DNA of 64,000 nucleotides from Eledone cirrhosa (Eukaryota): NCBI GenBank assembly GCA_964016885.1, contig OZ024746.1, positions 70,370,001 to 70,434,000 of the forward strand, read 5' to 3'. Shown piece by piece: positions 52,443 to 64,000 of this stretch (position 1 is its first letter; each line of letters starts with the position of its first letter). The notes under the pieces were generated by a model. It saw only the letters and a program-made list of their open reading frames with translations, ran no database searches and was not told where the DNA came from. The position numbers and the translations under genes were made by a program.

Positions 52443-54181
52443 GTGGGTGGACCAGTATTTTTTTCCCCCCTGGTAAAATGGTGTACATTATTCGATTTTT
52501 TCAGTAAAATCGGTTCTCTTAATAGAACATCAACAATCTTAACAATAAAAGGTGTGAAATGATATTCACTATATATATATACACACACACACACACATAT
52601 ATATTTTTTTATTCACTACATATATATATATATATATACATATATACATACATATATATGCACATATATTTTTTTGTATTGCACCATAGAGCATGTGTGT
52701 TTACGTGCGTCATTGTGTTTATATGTGGGTAGAGATGTGTGCTGATGTAGGTATGTATGTTGACGTGTGTATGTTGTGGGTTCGTCTTAGGGAGAAGTGT
52801 TTAGACGGGGTCCGTATTTGTTAATGAAGTAAGATTCCTTGCTGATGCGCTGGGTGTGGGTGGCATTATCTTTAAATTTGTAGAGGGGAAAGATTCTGAA
52901 GTTGGGATGATTTTGGGCGGCGCAGGTATCAATGTGTTCACTCAGTGGTATTTTCCTGTATTCCCGTATTTTAATTTGGGATCTATGGACAGTCATGCGT
53001 TGGCGGAGGCTGTTTTTGGTCTGGCCTATGTATTGTTCTCGACAACCTGAACAAGTTAATACATATATTAAATTTTCCGATGCACATGTGAAATTGTGTT
53101 TTACTATAAAACGTTGTCCATCTTTGAAATAGAATTCCGAACCCTCTATTAGGTTTATGCAAATGCCACAGTTGGGTCTATCGCATTTTTTTACTGTGGG
53201 TTTCGTTGTTGTGGTTGGCAGTACTTTGGCATGTGTTAAGATGTTTTTCATTGACTTGGATTGTCTTTTGCTCTTTATGATATCGTGTGTTCGTAGAATT
53301 TGGTTCATTCTATGGTCCTTTTTCAATACAGGGATGTTCTGGAGGATGGTGTCAAAGGCCTCGTTGTTGAGGGGGTTGTGTGTGGAGATGTATGGAAGAG
53401 CTTTTAGTTTTGGTTGATTTACTTTAGGGTGTCTAAGGTCCTGGGTACTGAGTTTTAGGGCACGTTGGATTCCATTGTCAATTAGTGATGCAGGGTAGTC
53501 CCTGCCTATGAGTGTGTCCTTTAGTTCTTGTAGCCGTAAGTAGCAGATGTTTTTATTGGAGACTATAGTACAGATTCTCTTGGCTAAGTTGTAGGGAATA
53601 TTAATTTTAACGTGTCTAGGGTGGCAAGAGTTGAAGGGGAGGTATTGCTTGGAGTCTGTGGGCTTGTAGTATATGTCTGTTTCTATTTTTTTGTTATGGA
53701 TCTTAATGAGGATGTCGAGGAAGGGGAGTTGTTGATGGCTGTATTCCATCGTGAAGTTAATATTTGTGTTGAGCCCATTTATAAGGGTGTGAAATTCTTT
53801 AAGTTTTTCGATGTTTTCGTAACATTTTAACATAAAAACAGTCTTGGCGCAAAATCAACTTTTTACATTCACATGACCTCTACCGACCAATCAAAATTGT
53901 TTTGACCACAAGCATTTTTGCAACACAAAAATAACGCTGGAGCCATTTTTTTAACATAAAAACAGGTAGAATTCCCAAAACTAATCAGATCAGAGCAAAC
54001 AGCACGGACACTCTATCTCAAAATTATTTTTGAAAAGCATTTAGAAATGCGCAACCGGTAAAAACTTAAAAACTTAAAACCACAACTGAATACTAACCCA
54101 TACAATCACTAATACTCTTTTATTCCTAATTAAACCATTTTTCAACTGTGAACAATTTGTCAGCATTTTCTATTCCGTTTA

Positions 54182-54185
<4 letters not shown>
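51557..54185 (-). mobile_element. 5'-truncated PLE of Neptune-like type, ORF 52787-53833 (RT thumb, Zn motif, GIY-YIG), inverted arms 51595-51955 / 53828-54185
   Basis: FLDILI, YYKPTD, SCHP, CDRPNCGIC, NLIYVLTCSGC..YIGQT..LRQRMTVH; (TA)n on both sides. Confidence 0.92.
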
Positions 54186-54274
<89 letters not shown>

Positions 54275-56031
54275 GCATATAAACACATAAAAATACACAA
54301 AGGGGAAAATTTAAGGAAACAATCAAGACATGAAAAACTATCAAATAACATAAATTAAAATTAAGTAACGTAAATTACAAGTAGAGAAAAGTAAAATATA
54401 AGTTATAAGTTTGAAAGGTAACAAAACGAAGGTAGGGTTGGAGTGGGAGGGGGCGCGGGGGAATGTGTTTAATGTTTAATGTCGATTCCGTTGTCTTGTG
54501 GGATCATCGTTCAGGGGGAAGAACTGGTCTATATGACTTGTAAGTTGCATAGTTTTTGTGTATGCAATTCGGGCAGTGTTCTGAGAGTCTATTGAGTAAG
54601 GGTCCTTTGGCGAATAGTATTTCATAACTCTCGGAAATACAAAAGTCACAACAATTATGGTCTCCTGTGTAAAACCGCACTCTCTGGGGTAGTTTCCATT
54701 TGAGCGTAAAGGGGATGGAGTTCGTGTTTAGGTCCCAGACATGGGCGGCGAGTGTAGTTTGGTTGGACTTGTCCGGGCGTCGAAAAGAATGGGTGTGTGC
54801 GTACCAACGGGTCTTAAAGTTGTTGGAGGTCATCCCGATATACGTCTTTCTCTCTTCATCAGGGCCTGAAATGACATCACATTTATATACAATATCCTTT
54901 GTAAGGCATTTATTGCTGAAGGGGCATGCAGCCTTATCGTGGCAGTTGCACAGGACCTCAGAATCGGGATGGGTTTCGGAGGTAGCAGACTTATTTAACT
55001 TAGTAATATTAATATTGGCTAAGTTCCTAGCTAGATTTGGTGTAGTGGAGTAAGAGAGTCTGATTGTATTCTTATTAAAGATGGTGTAGTACCTATGTTG
55101 GGTGGGGAAGTGTTTGTGCAATAGAGTAAAGAAATGTTTTGCTATAGGTGTAGATATCTCGCGGTTGAAGGGGGGTTGTACCAGCTAATTTGCCTCTTCC
55201 TATTCCTCCTGGGTGGGCGTGGGGCTATTCTGAGATAAGAGATCTTATCTTTAAATCCGCTACGGGCTAGGGCTTCGTTGTAATAGGGGGCCGCGGCCCT
55301 AAAGATATCCTCATTGGCGGAGAGGCCAGAGATCCTAAGGGAGACACTTTTAACTAAATTATCTGTGATGTTCTTGGGGTGATTCGAGTTAACGTCTATA
55401 TATCTAAGGGATTCGTTAGGTTTGTGGTACGGATAATAAAGGGAGGTTTCTAAATCGAGAGTTAAATCTAAGAAGTTGGCTTTAGTTAAACTCGAATCTA
55501 TAGTTATTCTGAGGCCTAGGTTATTGAAGAAAGCGTTAAGGTTTTTCCGAAACCCATCGGTAGTCCTGGGGTTAATTTTATGCAGGGCAAAGAGGCCGTC
55601 ATCCCGGTATAATCCGCCTGTAAGGCCTGTGAAGAGGGTTTTCATCCGGTTAAGAATAAACAGGCCCACCAGATCACTAATCTCAGCCGAGTCACTAGCA
55701 CCCATGCTGTCATCGAAGGGAGTCTCCGATTTTTTGTTGATCTAGTAGGACCCGTTATGGTACAAAAAGGTCTTACGTGCATGGGGGATCACATACTTAC
55801 CATTTCCACAGATGTTCGATCAACTACTTGATATACCTTTTGTTCAAAATTGTACTATAGAATAAGGAAATGTTTATTTCAATTGCAACTTGCCACTAAA
55901 CTTCTTTCTCTAAATAAATTTTGTTTTTTCTAAGAATCCCGATCCTTTAATCCCACCATGACCTCTAACGACCACTACCCTTCCCTTACCATGACAAAAT
56001 GTATAAATACCAGAAATTTACATTGACAGTC

Positions 56032-56072
56032 GGCTTTCTGATGATATCCTCCGAATGAAACCGTTCTAGTCC
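56032..56072 (+). ncRNA. Candidate minimal hammerhead motif (inverted copy of 49301-49340)
   Basis: GGCTTT CTGATGA TATCCTCCGAAT GAAA CCGT TC TAGTCC. Confidence 0.5.
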
Positions 56073-56166
56073 TGTAGAAGCCATTTCTATATTAAATTAC
56101 TTTTACTCTGCTATGTATTGAGTACCTTACTTACTGTGGTTATCCCCGATTTAATCCGGGATCTAC

Positions 56167-56272
<106 letters not shown>

Positions 56273-56736
56273 TGTATATTCTGCCCAGTTAAGGTAGGAC
56301 ATATAACAATATTATTAGTACTCGATATAGTGTTGAGTTGTATATCACATGGAAGCATTGATCTGCCCACAGAAACTGTGGTTTGGGAATTATATTAAAT
56401 TGATACAATTACTGCAGGCCAAAAGCACCCGAGATATCTAAGCAAAGAGGAACTATGGGTAGACAAATAAATATTGAAAAGTAAAAATAAAAATGAAATA
56501 TTAAAGATAAAAAACTAATAAGAACATAAATAACTAAATACTATATAAATGTATAAATCCCTCATACACATACACACACATACACACACACTCACACATG
56601 CATATTATGTGTGTGAGTCTGTGTGTACTTGTGTGCGTGCGCGTGTGTACACATACGGATGATTACCTACTGAGGTCCTAGTCGCTGCAGATACTAACAT
56701 TTTTATTTTATAGAAACTAAGTAATATAGGGATGCG

Positions 56737-56786
<50 letters not shown>

Positions 56787-56848
56787 TATTTCCAAAGACC
56801 AAAATCCAGAGACGACTTGATAAGAGTAGTTGTATATATATGTATATA

Positions 56849-60605
<3,757 letters not shown>

Positions 60606-60606
60606 C

Positions 60607-61586
<980 letters not shown>

Positions 61587-61776
61587 ATTGTTTCTACTTT
61601 TGGCACAAGGCCAGCAATTATCCCAGTGCATTACTGGTACTTTATTTTATCGACCCCGTAAGAATGAAAGGCAAAGTTAACCTCGGCGGGATTTGAACTC
61701 AGACTATAAAGGGCCGTAACTCTCTGCTGCAAAGCATGGTGTCCGACCTTCTACCGATACTGCCAATCCCCCGCCA
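61587..61776 (-). mobile_element. tRNA-derived SINE
   Basis: Reverse complement of the 1260-1450 family. Confidence 0.85.
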
Positions 61777-61792
61777 TTATATATATATATAA

Positions 61793-62382
61793 CTAGCAGT
61801 GGTACCCGGCGTTGCACGGGATAAGGTATTGTGAAATATATAACCGCCTTAGCTAAGCTTAGTATTATAACAACCACGGCTGGCAAAGAAGTAAGGGTCT
61901 GGTGGTACGTAAGTAAGCAACACTGTGGCTTAAAACGTGAGGAAGAAGTTGTGTGCACTTACCAACTGTTTGGGGAATGAGTGTGAGATTTATCTTGAGC
62001 AAGGGTGGCAGAATAACCGGGGGCAGCAGACAGTCAGACATACAGACAGATATTATAAGGGCACGTTCTGGACGCAGAGCAAATTGTAGGAAGTGACGTA
62101 ATACAGACAGCCAGACATACAGACAGATATTATAAGGGCGCTAGGTTATATGTATCTATCTAAAAAGAGAAAAACTAAGAATTATAGAGAGAAATCGCTA
62201 AATCGCCTAATGCGATCCCTAGGGCATTGAAAATTTGAAATTTTATTTGCTCAGAACACTCCCTGAAACATAAGTATTACATGTGTAAAGTTTGAAAACA
62301 CTCGGTTGGGTGGTTCTCTAGTTTTAGGGATTCAAACTCACACACACACAGACAGACATCCTCAGTTTTATATATATATAGA
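61793..62382 (-). mobile_element. Non-autonomous Helitron
   Basis: 5'-TCTATATATATATAAAACTGAGGATGTCTGTCTG...CCCGTGCAACGCCGGGTACCACTGCTAG-3'. Confidence 0.85.
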
Positions 62383-62462
62383 CTAGCAGAAAACCACCGG
62401 TTGGGCGGTTTTCTGCTAGTATATATATATATATTACACACACAGAAATGTATATATATTTC

Positions 62463-62497
<35 letters not shown>

Positions 62498-62989
62498 TAC
62501 ACACACAGAAATGTATATATATTTCTGTGTGTATATATATATTACACACACAGAAATGTATATATATTTCTGTGTGTATATATATATTACACACACAGAA
62601 ATGTATATATATTTCTGTGTGTATATATATATATTTCTGTGTGTGTATATATATATATATTACACACACACAGAAATGTATATATGTTTCTGTAGCACTC
62701 CTCAATTCCCTCCTCTCTCCCTCCCGCTATCGCCCTCTTGTAGTCTGTCTCTTTCTTTCACGCTCACTCTCTCTCTATGCGTGCGCAAAAAACATTCACA
62801 CGCGCGCACGTGTTTTAGCGTCTATTCACTCTCCCTCTCTCCCTCCCGCTATCCCCATCTCGTAATCTATCTCTTTCTTTCACTCTCACTCTCTCTCTAC
62901 GCGTGCGCAAAAAACATTCGCACGCGCGCACGTGTTTCCACTGTCGGACAGACAGACAGAGAAATTGCTGGTTATATATTATAAGGAGA
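62383..62989 (-). mobile_element. Second non-autonomous Helitron, head-to-tail with the first, with internal minisatellite and ~120-bp duplication
   Basis: 5'-TCTCCTTATAATATATAACC...; terminal palindrome CTAGCAGAAAACC..GGTTTTCTGCTAG. Confidence 0.7.
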
Positions 62990-62998
62990 TAATAATAA

Positions 62999-63259
62999 GG
63001 ACGATTTGTTATGTCTTCATTACGTTTATTGAGTAGTGACGCACGTTTCGCTATTGATCAGCTCAAAGTTCGATCTGTATCAATCTAGCCCGACCCAGGA
63101 ATCAAAAGTGTGTCGGACTTTTGCTGGGGTAAGGACAGAAACTGACGAGCTTTTCATTCCAGAGTCGGGCTAGATTGATACAGATCCAACCGTGAGCTAA
63201 ACAATAGCGAAACGCGCGTCTCTACTCAATAAACATAATGAAGGCATAACAAATCGTCC
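62999..63259. mobile_element. Small fold-back element (arms 62999-63096 / 63163-63259)
   Basis: Diverged inverted repeat containing a hammerhead motif. Confidence 0.7.
63136..63224 (+). ncRNA. Hammerhead motif (stem I imperfect)
   Basis: CTGACGA GCT...AGC GAAA CGCGCG TC TCT. Confidence 0.65.
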
Positions 63260-63261
63260 CC

Positions 63262-63445
63262 TACGCCATGCTTTGCATCATAGGCTTACGGCCCTTTACG
63301 ATCTGAGTTCAAATCACGCCGCGGTTAACTTTGCCTTTCATCCTTACGAAGTTGATAAAATAAAGTACCAGGTATGCACTGGGGTAGATTTAATCGACTT
63401 TCCCCTCCTCCCAAATTACTGGCCTTGTGCTTATACTAGATATCA
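63262..63445 (+). mobile_element. 5'-truncated SINE
   Basis: Box B and core of the 1260-1450 family. Confidence 0.8.
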
Positions 63446-63465
63446 TTATTATTATTATTATTATT

Positions 63466-64000
63466 GTTCTTTGAGTTTCAGTCATTGATGTTAGTTAACT
63501 GGAAAGTTTGTTGAAATGAATATCAAGCCACTACCTGCAGCCTCAGATATTCAGGACGTATCGGAGGGTTCTTGCTGTTCCCAGCAAGCATGCCTTTTGA
63601 AGCGTTCCAAAAAGCGTGGCGGGTCCAATTTTCTTTAACCATCCCTGGAAACTTTTTGAGAGATAGTACCTAGTGCGCCTTTGACAATCGGGACCACTTT
63701 GACTTCATGGCAGTTCCAAATCCTTTTTACCTCCCACTTTAAGTCCTGGTATCGGTTAATTTTCTCCCTCTCCTTCTCTTGCACTCTCGTGTCGAATGGG
63801 CAGGCCACATCCACAAGCAGGCACGATCTTTTTTCTTTGTCCAAAACCGCCAGGTCAGGTCTATTGTGTTCCAGTTTCTTGTCCGTCTGTATCCTAAAAT
63901 CCCACAGCACCTTCACCTGATCGTTTTCTATCACCGACTCTGGCTTATGCTCATACCACTTCTCAGAATGTGATAGATTGTTTACTTTGCATAGGTGCCA
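63466..64000 (-). mobile_element. 3' end of an R4/Dong-like LINE (RLE domain) ending in (TAA)n
   Basis: LWDFRIQTD..HNRPDL..VDVACPFD..KYQ-like RYQDL..VPIVKGALG; (ATT)n at 63445-63465. Confidence 0.88.

Overview
This is AT-rich, microsatellite-saturated animal DNA, not prokaryotic. The tRNA-derived SINEs and repeat landscape suggest an octopus or other cephalopod (inference). One host gene is recoverable on the minus strand: four clean, in-phase GT-AG exons (19936-19749, 17883-17686, 13982-13761, 11571-11383) plus three tentative small 5' exons that would add a signal peptide (304 aa in total). Its product resembles an uncharacterised, mainly fungal family, and its C-terminal pattern suggests a Cyt/volvatoxin-type cytolysin fold (inference). 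Almost everything else is mobile DNA: five Penelope-like elements (PLEs), most with long inverted pseudo-LTR arms (one forms a 2.7 kb palindrome); several ORF-less fold-back elements in (TA)n tracts; about 15 type I hammerhead ribozyme motifs with short, mostly palindromic stem III, found by eye; Tx1, R4/Dong, CRE, RTE and CR1/Jockey LINE remnants; four non-autonomous Helitrons (one with its empty site preserved nearby); a mariner-type MITE; a 32-bp satellite; and an interstitial (CCCTAA)n tract. Most ORFs in the supplied track are microsatellite or antisense artefacts.
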